This document shows, piece by piece, positions 20,327 to 28,899 of a stretch of DNA of 64,000 nt. The position numbers and the translations under genes are program-made. The notes under the pieces were generated by a model that did no database searches, was not told the origin of the DNA, and saw only the letters and a list, made by a program, of their open reading frames with translations. Within the stretch, counting starts at the first letter, position 1. Each line of letters starts with the position of its first letter. This DNA is from a virus, in the IMG/VR virus record IMGVR_UViG_3300011116_000796, positions 1 to 64,000 of that record, one strand, 5' to 3'.

Positions 20327-22858
20327 ATGCCGCATGAAAGCACTATAAAAGTTTATAGGTCAAGTACAGTTGGTTCAATTCCAAATGGATTAACCGATGG
20401 TGAACTCGCAGCAAATTTGGCTGATGGCAAAATTTTTGTGGGTAATGGAAATGAAGTTATAAATTTTGAATCAAATCCACACAACAACGTCGGAGCATCA
20501 GGTTCAGGTATAGAGTTAGTCTCTGCTTACGCAGGAAGTATTCACCTTTCAGTTCCGAAAAGAACCAATCTAATTCTTTATAGTCACGATTTCGTTTCTT
20601 CTGGATTTCCAAATTCTTGGTCTTCGTTTTCCGGCAACGGATCTCCTCCATATCCAACTATTACCAATTTGGATAATGACTCAACTCAGGGTTGGCAGGG
20701 GAGTGCTACGGGAGGGTTCCAAATTGAATTCATTAACCCTGCTGATTCTAACAATGGGGTGTATCAGGAAATAAGAACTCCCCATTTGGTAACGGGAGAA
20801 TATTACACTCTATCATGCTGGGCAAGATCTAATTCGGGGGAGACAAAGTTTAGATTTAGTGACTACAACTACATTACAAATATAAGTAGATTCTCAGACA
20901 AATTTATTGCAACAACAGATCCACAAAGATTTCATTATGTATTTCGTCCCGAAGCAAGAACAAATATTAGTATATCAAACGGGGATGCCAATTCATCGGG
21001 AACCATTCGTGTTTGGGGTATTCAACTTGAAAGGGGAACATTCCCATCAAGTCCAATAAGATCAGATGGAACTGAAACAACGGCATCTGCTTCGATTATC
21101 TCATTTGCATCTTCATCCGCATCGTCTGTTGCTGGTGTCACGGGTTTCAATAGTCTTACTGGAAATGTGAGTTTAACTGGTCACACAGGTGGTGCAGTTC
21201 GTGTTGTAGAAAACAATAAAGTCGATATTCGAATTGCTACTAGTTCTGTTACTGGTGTTGCTGCGTTCAATTCAACTTATTACTCAGTTAGTGCTGCTGG
21301 CGTTGTAAGTCCTACTACTCCATTTCAATTCACAGGAGATACAGTATCTACTGTATCAGGAAGTGGTATAACAGTAACAAAGAATTCGTCGGGAGCAGTA
21401 GTTTCTAATATTGGTGTGACTGGAATTGGATTTAGTAATACCGATGTTGGATTGACTGGAAAAATCAATCTAACCGCAGGAACTGATATTTCCCTGATAC
21501 GATCAGGAAATACAATAACAATCAACTATACTGGAACTCCAAGTTCCGGTGGCGATACAGTATCGGCAGGAGATTCAATTCAAGTAGTTCGATCAGGAAC
21601 TAATGTAACTCTAAACAATGCTGGTGTTACTGGAATTGCATTTGGGAATACTGATCCTGGATTGACTGGAAGAATAGTTTTAACTGGAAATGCAGCATCA
21701 GGGATAATTCTCTCTAAACCAACCAACTCAAATATAATAACTCTAGTCAATATTGGTGTCACGGGTTTCAATGGTCTTACTGGAAATGTGAGTTTAACTG
21801 GTTATGTTAGTGGTGCAGTTCGTGTTGTAGAAAACAATAAAGTCGATATTCGAATTGCTACTAGTTCTGTTACTGGTGTTGCTGCGTTCAATTCAACTTA
21901 TTACTCAGTTAGTGCTGCTGGCGTTGTAAGTCCTACTACTCCATTTCAAACAACTGGAGATACAGTCAGAGCAAATTGGCCTATAAAACAAACAATTACC
22001 GGAAAAAGAGTAATATTAGATATAGATCAGCCAACATGTTGGGATCCATTTAATGTTTATCCAGATACTAATGGATACTATTATCCAGGAAATTCCCTCG
22101 GAACCGTTTCTTCTACTGAAAGACCTGGTGCCACATTTGGGCTGAGTGGTGCATCTCCTGGATTTTGGTATAAGCATTTTCTTTTAGCGAAAAGTGCAGA
22201 TGCCTATAATCCTGATATCTCTACAGATGAAACAGTCAATAGAACAGATTATTGTTTGTTTTTAAGAACGACATCTGGACCAGGTGGTTTGCTGCAAACC
22301 CCATTTGGTGCATCTGGATCAGGAATAGGTACGACTGGAACTACTAGCGGAATATTGAAGTATTTTTATCTAGACATAAACAATCTAGAAACTGCAACAA
22401 ATACATTATCGTCAAATGACAATATACTCATTTACGATGCAGCCGAAACCGGAGAGATCAAGACCAAAAAGGCTTCTGTAAGTAAGTTTTTTCTTGACAA
22501 TGACACAATATTTACAAGTTTGTCACCGGATCAACTAAAAAGAAACACAAAATCTTCTGCTATTGAATTTGAGGTAGTTCTAGGTGATGTTAGTAGTAAT
22601 AGCCTGGGACTCATAAATGGTGCATCAGCACATTCATATATCACTAAAAATACTGTAAAATCTATAAATGGTTGTACGGGACAAATTACAATCACCGGAA
22701 CAGTAAACGAGGTTGTTGTTACGAACAACTGCCCAACTATTGTAATCGGATTGCCCGACAATGTGATGGTTCCCTACATTAGCATATCGGGTGGAACTTT
22801 CACCGAAACCGTAAGTGCGAACCTATTCATAGGAAGTATCGCAGGGGGAACCTTCTAA
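20327..22858 (+). CDS. Fibre protein, Mtd_N-like head, carbohydrate-binding-like domain, ends IAGGTF
   Basis: STIKVYRS...GLTDGELAANLADGKIFVG; RTNLILYS...YTLSCWARS...WGIQLERG CBM-like domain; internal duplicated modules. Confidence 0.75.
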   Translation: MPHESTIKVYRSSTVGSIPNGLTDGELAANLADGKIFVGNGNEVINFESNPHNNVGASGSGIELVSAYAGSIHLSVPKRTNLILYSHDFVSSGFPNSWSSFSGNGSPPYPTITNLDNDSTQGWQGSATGGFQIEFINPADSNNGVYQEIRTPHLVTGEYYTLSCWARSNSGETKFRFSDYNYITNISRFSDKFIATTDPQRFHYVFRPEARTNISISNGDANSSGTIRVWGIQLERGTFPSSPIRSDGTETTASASIISFASSSASSVAGVTGFNSLTGNVSLTGHTGGAVRVVENNKVDIRIATSSVTGVAAFNSTYYSVSAAGVVSPTTPFQFTGDTVSTVSGSGITVTKNSSGAVVSNIGVTGIGFSNTDVGLTGKINLTAGTDISLIRSGNTITINYTGTPSSGGDTVSAGDSIQVVRSGTNVTLNNAGVTGIAFGNTDPGLTGRIVLTGNAASGIILSKPTNSNIITLVNIGVTGFNGLTGNVSLTGYVSGAVRVVENNKVDIRIATSSVTGVAAFNSTYYSVSAAGVVSPTTPFQTTGDTVRANWPIKQTITGKRVILDIDQPTCWDPFNVYPDTNGYYYPGNSLGTVSSTERPGATFGLSGASPGFWYKHFLLAKSADAYNPDISTDETVNRTDYCLFLRTTSGPGGLLQTPFGASGSGIGTTGTTSGILKYFYLDINNLETATNTLSSNDNILIYDAAETGEIKTKKASVSKFFLDNDTIFTSLSPDQLKRNTKSSAIEFEVVLGDVSSNSLGLINGASAHSYITKNTVKSINGCTGQITITGTVNEVVVTNNCPTIVIGLPDNVMVPYISISGGTFTETVSANLFIGSIAGGTF
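21133..21417 (+). repeat. DNA modules B+A (copy 2, permuted order)
   Basis: Direct comparison with 19465-19755. Confidence 0.9.
21749..21949 (+). repeat. DNA module B plus partial A (copy 3)
   Basis: Direct comparison with copies 1 and 2. Confidence 0.9.
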
Positions 22859-22871
22859 ATAGGTATAGAAC

Positions 22872-24269
22872 ATGTCAAAGCAAAGCACAATTCAACACTA
22901 CTTCTCGCTCACGCCCGCAGGCGTACCCGCAGGCGCAGGAATGACTTATGGTGAAATCGCTATCAATGTTGCTGACGAGAAACTGTTCATTGAGAATGTG
23001 AATGGTGATGTTATTTCTCTCTCGCAGACAAAGGATCTATCGGGAGCATTTGCACACTCTGATCAGGTTGTAACTTCGGTGAATGGTGCTACTGGTGCAA
23101 TTATAAATGTCGCATTCACAAATACTGCACAGACCTTTACAGGATTGCAGACCTTTGCCAACGGTATTACCGCTGTGGGCGGAACCTTTGGAAATATCTC
23201 AGCAGCGGGAGCATCTTTCAGTTCTGACATATTTGTTCAGGGTATTAGAGTTGGTAGGGGTGGTGCGGGAGATGCGAACAGCGTTGCCGTTGGCGCAGAT
23301 GCACTACCGGCAGGAACATTCAATGTTGCTATCGGAAAAAGTGCGCTGCAAGCAGCAGTTAGTCCAAACAACAATGTTGCAATTGGTTGGCAGTCTCAAA
23401 TGTCGGGAGATTCTCCAATCAACAATGTTTCTGTTGGTGCAAACTCCCTTAGATTCAATCAATTTGGTCAGGGTAATGTTGCCATTGGGTACGAGGCACT
23501 CTACACCACAAATAATAATGCAAATACAGCCGTAGGTTCTATGGCACTTCGCCAAACAACAACTGGATTCAGAAATACTTCAATTGGTAATGAATCTCTT
23601 TACAACAATACTCTAGGTGTTGCTAATGTTGCAATTGGTCATCAGGCAGGAAGATATCGTGGAGAGTTCACTCTATTTGACTTCCCCAATGATTTAGACA
23701 ACGAAGATGTTTCTGCGCTAACAAGAACAACAGGAACAGGCGGCATCTACATTGGTCAATGGTCGAGAGCATCTGCAAACGGAACCGTAAAAGAAATCGT
23801 GATTGGTGCAGAGGCACTTGGTCTCGGTTCAAATACGGCGGTGATTGGTGCAACTTCACAGGTTTCCGCAACCATTTACGGAACTTTGAATCTGCCAGGT
23901 GGGTTGAGTGCTTCAAGTGGAGCAACATTTAGTGGAACAGTTTCGTCTGACACTGGGTATAGAATTACCTCAAGTGCGATCAACACACAGACCGGAACAT
24001 CCTATTCGATAACGGGAACTGACAACGGAGAAATACTAACATTTAACAATGTATCGGCAACGACTCTAACTGTCCCTTCGGGACTCCCTATTGGATTCAA
24101 CTGCACTGTTATACAACTCGGACTCGGACAAGTTGGGTTCACAGCGGCAGCCGGTGTTACTCTCAACAGTTATGGAAATCTCATCAAGATTGCAGGACAA
24201 CATGGTGCTGCTACTTTGGTGTCCTATCAAAGTAATGTATACAATATTGCAGGAACATTAAGTACATGA
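22872..24269 (+). CDS. Distal fibre/adhesin with Mtd_N-like head and YadA/Hep_Hag-like NxAxG repeats
   Basis: MTYGEIAINVADEKLFI; NVAIG..AL, NTAVGSMAL, NTSIG repeats; C-terminal TLTVPSGLPIGF...YNIAGTLST. Confidence 0.7.
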   Translation: MSKQSTIQHYFSLTPAGVPAGAGMTYGEIAINVADEKLFIENVNGDVISLSQTKDLSGAFAHSDQVVTSVNGATGAIINVAFTNTAQTFTGLQTFANGITAVGGTFGNISAAGASFSSDIFVQGIRVGRGGAGDANSVAVGADALPAGTFNVAIGKSALQAAVSPNNNVAIGWQSQMSGDSPINNVSVGANSLRFNQFGQGNVAIGYEALYTTNNNANTAVGSMALRQTTTGFRNTSIGNESLYNNTLGVANVAIGHQAGRYRGEFTLFDFPNDLDNEDVSALTRTTGTGGIYIGQWSRASANGTVKEIVIGAEALGLGSNTAVIGATSQVSATIYGTLNLPGGLSASSGATFSGTVSSDTGYRITSSAINTQTGTSYSITGTDNGEILTFNNVSATTLTVPSGLPIGFNCTVIQLGLGQVGFTAAAGVTLNSYGNLIKIAGQHGAATLVSYQSNVYNIAGTLST

Positions 24270-25021
24270 TAATTCCGTCTTTCAAGGCGGGATATACTAG
24301 AGTACCCCGTCTTATTTCAACTACAAATATTACATCGACAGGAACACAAAATTATACTGTTCCTGCCGGGACAATTTATCTTGAGATAGAAATAGTTGGC
24401 GGTGGCGGTGGTGGTGGTGCAGGAAGAACACTAACTTCTGGAAGAAATACAAGATATCATGGTGGCGGTGGTGGAGGTGGCGGTGGTTATGTCAAATACA
24501 CATATCGTGGAAGTTTGCATGGCGGTTTCAAAGTAGGAGATACTTTGAGTTTTACTGTAGGAACCGCAGGAACTGCTGGTAGTGGAAGCAGTAGTGGAGG
24601 AAACGGCGGAAACAGCACACTTAACTCACATACGCAAAATTCCATCCCTCAATTGTTTCTAACTGTTCCTACTGGCGGTGGTGGTGGCGGTGGAGAAACA
24701 GAGTCAACATATAACACAACTGCTTCCGGTGGAGTAGCAGGAGTTGCTTCTAATGGAGATATCAATACAAATGGAAATGCTGGTTCTCCCGGATCTGCTC
24801 CTAGCGCATCTGCGAGTAACGGTGGCAATGGAGCATTGAATGGTGGTTCATCAACATTCGGTAACACTACTGTAGCATCAGGAGGAACATCGGGAAGTAC
24901 AGTAGGTGGAACAGGGACTCAGCCGGGTAATGGTGGTGGGGGTGGATATAGTTCATCTACATCGAATGCTAATGGTGGTGATGGTGGGGCGGGACAAGTT
25001 AGAATAAAGGCATATGGATGA
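24266..25021 (+). CDS. Glycine-rich fibre tip (gp38-like adhesin) protein
   Basis: YTVPAG...IEIVGGGGGGG...GGGGGGGGY...GGDGGAGQVRI; ATGA-coupled to the upstream gene. Confidence 0.7.
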   Translation: MIIPSFKAGYTRVPRLISTTNITSTGTQNYTVPAGTIYLEIEIVGGGGGGGAGRTLTSGRNTRYHGGGGGGGGGYVKYTYRGSLHGGFKVGDTLSFTVGTAGTAGSGSSSGGNGGNSTLNSHTQNSIPQLFLTVPTGGGGGGGETESTYNTTASGGVAGVASNGDINTNGNAGSPGSAPSASASNGGNGALNGGSSTFGNTTVASGGTSGSTVGGTGTQPGNGGGGGYSSSTSNANGGDGGAGQVRIKAYG

Positions 25022-25575
25022 GTAGAATAAAAGTAAATCTTCCTATTGGATCGGATGGAGATTGGTCAGTCAAAAACGTGACTGGAGATTCCGAATCAAT
25101 ATACACAAATGTGATGGGTGTTTCTTGTGGTGGAAAAAGTGAGCCATTTGGAAACTATACCTTCTTATACAACAATCAATATGGGATAGTGATGTCGGAC
25201 ACATATAGTGAACATTTAGAACATCAGATTCTTTGGAATGGTGCGACTGGTGATGTTCTTGTGGCTGGACTTGGTCTCGGATATGTGAATGAGTTTCTTA
25301 TGAACAATCCGAACATAACATCAGTTACTATAATTGAAAAGAATCAAGAGGTCATAAATCTGGTGTGGCCGCATTGCCCCAAAAATCAAAAATTTACATT
25401 GATCAATGACGATATTGAAACTTGGTCACCACCAAACGGTTCACATTGGCATTTTGGGTGGTTTGATTCTTGGACATCTCAGTCAGCATTTACAGATTAT
25501 CAAAGTTATCAGCAGTTTATTCGAAACAAATATCAGACATACTGCGATTCGATTGAGTTTTGGGCTGGAGAGTAA
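25018..25575 (+). CDS. Class I SAM-dependent methyltransferase (spermidine-synthase-like fold)
   Basis: GDVLVAGLGLG motif I, VTIIEKNQEVI motif II, LINDDI, WFDSW. Confidence 0.75.
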   Translation: MSRIKVNLPIGSDGDWSVKNVTGDSESIYTNVMGVSCGGKSEPFGNYTFLYNNQYGIVMSDTYSEHLEHQILWNGATGDVLVAGLGLGYVNEFLMNNPNITSVTIIEKNQEVINLVWPHCPKNQKFTLINDDIETWSPPNGSHWHFGWFDSWTSQSAFTDYQSYQQFIRNKYQTYCDSIEFWAGE

Positions 25576-25659
25576 TCTCTTTTATATGATACTTCTTGCT
25601 ATAAACTGAATGTCTCTGTACTATGGTCTAAATACCCCGCACAACACAAGGAGTGAAGT

Positions 25660-27597
25660 ATGTCTGACGAGATTCGACTGCCGACTGAGTATCAACAATT
25701 CATTCACCTTTCACGCTACTCTCGGTGGCTTGAAACCGAAGGACGAAGAGAGACTTGGGAGGAGACAGTCAATCGTTACTTTAACTTCTTCGACAAGCAC
25801 CTAGCAAATCACACCAAAGGCAAGTTGACAAAGGCAGAGCGAGAGGAACTCCGTCAGGCGGTACTCAATCTTGAAGTGCTTCCTTCGATGCGTTGTCTTA
25901 TGACGGCAGGCGAAGCACTAGAACGAGACAACATCGCAGGGTACAACTGTGCTTATGTCCATATTAACCGTGTCCGTGCTTTCGATGAGATTCTATATGT
26001 GCTAATGTGCGGTACGGGAGTTGGATTCTCCGTCGAGCGACAGTTTGTTGAAAAGTTGCCTACTATTGCCGAAGAGTTTAGTGATAGTGATACTGTCATT
26101 AGTGTTGCTGACTCAAAGATGGGTTGGGCAAAGGCTTTCCGTGAATTGATCAGTCTTCTTATCGTTGGACAGATTCCGAAGTGGGATGTGTCCAAGGTTC
26201 GTCCTGCCGGATCACGACTCAAGACTTTCGGCGGTAGAGCATCTGGTCCTCGGCCACTTGAAGACCTGTTCAAGTTCAGCGTCGAGACATTCAGAAAGGC
26301 CGCAGGCCGTAAGTTAACATCGATTGAATGTCACGACATTGTCTGCAAGATTGCGGAGATTGTTGTTGTCGGCGGCGTTCGTCGTTCAGCACTTATTTCT
26401 TTATCGGAACTCGGTGACGAGCGCATGCGGAACGCCAAGAGTGGTGCGTGGTGGGAAGCCAATCCGCAACGGGCACTTGCAAACAATAGTGTTGCTTATA
26501 AGGAGAAGCCCGACATCGGGACATTCATGCAGGAGTGGCTGTCTCTTTACAATAGCAAGAGCGGCGAACGGGGTATCTTCAACCGTGCCGCAGCGCAGAA
26601 GACTGTTTCCAAGTTGGGTGATCGTCGTGATCCGAACCACGAATTCGGCACAAACCCATGCTCTGAAATCATCCTTCGTGACCGTGAATTCTGCAACCTT
26701 ACAGAAATCATTGTTCGTCCTACAGATACTGTAGAAGACTTGATGCGTAAGGGTCGCATCGCTGCTATTCTCGGTACGATGCAGGCATCACTTACGAATT
26801 TCCAATACATCTCTTCTGAATGGACAAAGAACTGCAAGGAAGAGGCTCTTCTTGGTGTTTCCATGACGGGTCAGTTGGACAACAAGATGATGCTTTCGAT
26901 TCTCACTTCACTCCCAAATATTCTTGAGACTGTTAAGAAAAAGACTATTCAGGTAAACGCAGAATGGGCGAAGAGACTCGGTATCAATGCCGCTGCTGCT
27001 ATTACATGCGTCAAACCGTCAGGAACAGTCTCGCAGTTGACTGATGCCGCTTCGGGGATGCATCCACGGCACAGTCAGTATTACATCAGAACCGTCCGTG
27101 CAGACATTAAGGATCCTCTATGTCAGATGATGCAAGAGGCGGGATTCCCTTCCGAGCCTTGTGTGATGCGCCCTGACCACACTAGAGTTTTCTCGTTCCC
27201 TATGAAGTCTCCCGATGGATGCTTGACCCGTAATGACCTTACGGCAATTGAACATCTGAGTCTTTGGTTGACCTATCAGAGATATTGGTGCGAACACAAG
27301 CCATCCATTACGATCACAGTCCGTGAGCATGAGTGGATGGATGTGGGTGCGTGGGTTTATAACCATTTTGATGAGGTATCAGGAATTTCATTCCTGCCTC
27401 ATAGCGACCACTCTTACAAGCAGGCACCTTATCAGGATTGCACAGAAGAAGAGTACGAAACTCTACTGTCTCAAATGCCAAAGAATGTTAACTGGTCCGA
27501 TCTTTCGAAGTACGAGAAGGAAGATAGAACTGCCGGTTCACAAACTTATGCATGTTCAGGAGATAAATGTGAGTTGGTTGACTTGACTTCCACATAA
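25660..27597 (+). CDS. nrdJ: Class II (adenosylcobalamin-dependent, monomeric-type) ribonucleotide reductase
   Basis: LPSMRCL, YNCAY, LMCGTGVGFSVE, VVVGGVRRSALISL, GTNPCSEI, TCVKPSGTVSQL, EHKPSIT, C-terminal ACSGDKCE; no nrdB nearby. Confidence 0.92.
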   Translation: MSDEIRLPTEYQQFIHLSRYSRWLETEGRRETWEETVNRYFNFFDKHLANHTKGKLTKAEREELRQAVLNLEVLPSMRCLMTAGEALERDNIAGYNCAYVHINRVRAFDEILYVLMCGTGVGFSVERQFVEKLPTIAEEFSDSDTVISVADSKMGWAKAFRELISLLIVGQIPKWDVSKVRPAGSRLKTFGGRASGPRPLEDLFKFSVETFRKAAGRKLTSIECHDIVCKIAEIVVVGGVRRSALISLSELGDERMRNAKSGAWWEANPQRALANNSVAYKEKPDIGTFMQEWLSLYNSKSGERGIFNRAAAQKTVSKLGDRRDPNHEFGTNPCSEIILRDREFCNLTEIIVRPTDTVEDLMRKGRIAAILGTMQASLTNFQYISSEWTKNCKEEALLGVSMTGQLDNKMMLSILTSLPNILETVKKKTIQVNAEWAKRLGINAAAAITCVKPSGTVSQLTDAASGMHPRHSQYYIRTVRADIKDPLCQMMQEAGFPSEPCVMRPDHTRVFSFPMKSPDGCLTRNDLTAIEHLSLWLTYQRYWCEHKPSITITVREHEWMDVGAWVYNHFDEVSGISFLPHSDHSYKQAPYQDCTEEEYETLLSQMPKNVNWSDLSKYEKEDRTAGSQTYACSGDKCELVDLTST

Positions 27598-27624
27598 AGC
27601 CGTATAAATATCTTCGGGTATATC

Positions 27625-27981
27625 ATGGAAACTACTGCGCTGCAAACGCTTTGGTTGGGACTTATGCTGTATGTTCTTTACGAAACATCAGCAGTCTATT
27701 CATACATTTCGTCCCGACCTATGAGGCTATTTAAGTGGTGGACAAAGATTCACTTATATGATTCTAGAGATGGGCTTTCGTACTCTGATTGGTTAACATC
27801 GAAATACCCAAAATCATTCTTATACAAACTACTGTCATGCAGATACTGTTTTGGTCTTTGGTTAGCGTTCGGTATCTGCATGACAACGAATTCTCCTGAA
27901 GAAACTCCTATAGTGTACTTCTTAGGACAATCTATTTGTTCACTGTTTAACTTAAGCGAAAGGATGATGAGAGATGCATGA
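27625..27981 (+). CDS. Small membrane protein with CxxC (DUF1360-like)
   Basis: Hydrophobic segments; LLSCRYCFGLW; TATAAATA at 27603. Confidence 0.55.
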   Translation: METTALQTLWLGLMLYVLYETSAVYSYISSRPMRLFKWWTKIHLYDSRDGLSYSDWLTSKYPKSFLYKLLSCRYCFGLWLAFGICMTTNSPEETPIVYFLGQSICSLFNLSERMMRDA

Positions 27982-28282
27982 GATTTCATTTAATGGACCT
28001 GAACCCTTTTATGACAGAATCGATTCTAGTGGAATTCAAATTGATCCCGAAGTTCATAGTTCTATCAATACATTCTATAGAATGATGAAATCCTACAGAG
28101 ATCCTAACACTTGTTCCTGCAAGAAGGGGAGAGCCGCCTATCAGAATATTGTGCAGGAATATGTAAACATTCCCATTAAACTTAGAACTGATCCTAACAT
28201 TGGTGGGATTAAGCAGATCTTGGGAGCCGAGGGGGTAATAATTTTTACCTTGAATGGGGAAGAATTTTCAAGGATTGATTGA
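27974..28282 (+). CDS. Hypothetical protein (CSC motif)
   Basis: Overlapping in-operon ORF with GAGAG upstream. Confidence 0.55.
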   Translation: MHEISFNGPEPFYDRIDSSGIQIDPEVHSSINTFYRMMKSYRDPNTCSCKKGRAAYQNIVQEYVNIPIKLRTDPNIGGIKQILGAEGVIIFTLNGEEFSRID

Positions 28283-28878
28283 TGAACAAATCAGACAAAG
28301 CCTTTGTTGCCTTTGTCCGAAAAAGTATCGGTAATTTCGGTCTTAAGTTAAATTTGCGAAAAACGAAATTCGTCAAGGCCGATGGCTTTATGTGCTATGG
28401 CTTTTTCGATGAAAATCAAATCTGTGTGGCGAAGAAAAATCCTAAATGGATTGAGGTTCTTGCACATGAATATTCACACTTCATTCAGTGGAAAAGAGGA
28501 ACGGAATTATACAGGAAGTGTTTCGGTCCAACCAACAATTATGCTGATATTGTCGAAGAGTGGGTAACATCGACCAAACACATAGAGAGAAGAAAACTGA
28601 AGAGAGCATTTCAGACATATCGGGCTATGGAAAGAGAATGTGAGATGCTTACCATAGGTGTGATGCAAAAGCATGGTGTCAATTTTGATCCTGAGGCTTA
28701 TGCACAGGAAGCGAACTGCTACATCTACATGTATCACTACATGGAAAAACGAAGAATTAAAAAGTTCAAAAAGGAACCGGATTGGAGGGTATTCCGAAAA
28801 ATGCCCTCGTCTATGCGGGTGCACTCACACAGAAAAACTAGTAAAGATATAGAGATGATACTAGATTGTCTTTTATAA
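28279..28878 (+). CDS. Putative zinc metallopeptidase-like protein (HExxH)
   Basis: EVLAHEYSHFIQW and a downstream ERECE. Confidence 0.6.
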   Translation: MMNKSDKAFVAFVRKSIGNFGLKLNLRKTKFVKADGFMCYGFFDENQICVAKKNPKWIEVLAHEYSHFIQWKRGTELYRKCFGPTNNYADIVEEWVTSTKHIERRKLKRAFQTYRAMERECEMLTIGVMQKHGVNFDPEAYAQEANCYIYMYHYMEKRRIKKFKKEPDWRVFRKMPSSMRVHSHRKTSKDIEMILDCLL

Positions 28879-28899
28879 ACCCCGATAAATAGTAGTCCT

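Noticed and set aside
19465-21966. Diversity-generating retroelement (TR/VR pair), suggested by near-identical repeats in fibre genes with Mtd_N-like heads
   Set aside because: All copies are in-frame and mid-gene, the differences include T/C changes rather than adenine-only substitutions, and no reverse transcriptase is in the window.
25610-25804. Separate 64-aa ORF overlapping the nrdJ start
   Set aside because: Begins inside promoter elements, has no SD and overlaps nrdJ out of frame.
25660-27597. Intron or intein in nrdJ (also considered for thyX, primase, uvsW, gp46)
   Set aside because: Frames are continuous and of normal length, with no intein termini or homing-endonuclease motifs.
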